NCBI GenBank assembly: GCA_035500495.1
Contig: DATJXC010000073.1
Location: forward strand, 4,841 to 68,840
Length of the DNA stretch: 64,000 nucleotides
Origin: Gemmatimonadales bacterium
Lineage (GTDB): Bacteria; Gemmatimonadota; Gemmatimonadetes; Gemmatimonadales; GWC2-71-9
Direction: 5' to 3'
The notes under the pieces are model-generated. The model did no database searches, was not told the origin of the DNA, and was given only the letters and a program-made list of their open reading frames with translations. The position numbers and the translations under genes are program-made. Positions 63,669 to 64,000 of this stretch are shown here, one piece after another. The first letter of the stretch is position 1. Each line of letters starts with the position of its first letter.

Positions 63669-64000
63669 GTGGTGACCAGGACGCCCTTCCGGAGGTAGGT
63701 CCGGTCCTCGATTTGGGCCAGAAGGACGGACGCCAGGTCGGCCCGGGAAATCCGCGGGAGGCCTGCCAGCTGGAGGCGCTCACCGGCGCGAATGGCACCG
63801 GTCTTGGGTCCGTTGGTCAGCGTCGTCGGGTATACGAGCGTCCAATCGAGGCCACTCCGCCGGAGGATCTCCTCGCCCGAGTGCTTGTCGGCGTACAGAT
63901 CACGCAACAGCACTCGGATCAGAGCGCGTGGCAGCAGCGGCACGTCCTGGAACGTCGTGCCCACTCCGTAGGCCGACGTGATGATCAGACGGCGAACTCC
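63665..64000 (-). CDS. Atypical SDR NAD(P)H-binding protein (flavin reductase-like), truncated at window end
   Basis: GVRRLIITSAYGVG...K...E..L..SGLDWT.V.P..L..GP...ISRADLA. Confidence 0.85.
   Translation of the reverse strand, partial: GVRRLIITSAYGVGTTFQDVPLLPRALIRVLLRDLYADKHSGEEILRRSGLDWTLVYPTTLTNGPKTGAIRAGERLQLAGLPRISRADLASVLLAQIEDRTYLRKGVLVTT

Overview
A ~69% GC bacterial chromosomal segment with about 58 CDS. Gene content and order look like Gemmatimonadota; this is an inference, not a computed placement. I found no rRNA, tRNA, CRISPR array, transposase or prophage. Housekeeping blocks: rpmE-prfA-prmC-ylbF-tmk-ctpA; pabB-pabC; a long minus-strand run from larE/thpR through NtrC, aldehyde dehydrogenase, lepB, sigma-70, yajQ, rimO, spoIID and lnt; comM; and nadA-nadC. 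The most unusual element is a 3091-aa lipoprotein (39764-49039) of about 29 Ig-like domains ending in a single c-type heme domain. It is bracketed by two paralogous membrane Ser/Thr kinases and an outer-membrane beta-barrel. A second candidate system is a Crp-led cluster (5139-11896): Crp, MBL hydrolase, CsgG/TolB-N+TPR protein, MlaE, an MlaF homolog with every ATPase motif degenerate, MlaD and a GAF/HD-GYP phosphodiesterase, with a near-consensus CRP box inside it. Other signals: a nadA leader with mutually exclusive RBS-sequestering pairings (riboswitch candidate), heptamer-unit hairpins in intergenic and coding DNA, and at least four apparently leaderless genes. All calls come from motif reading; no database searches were run.
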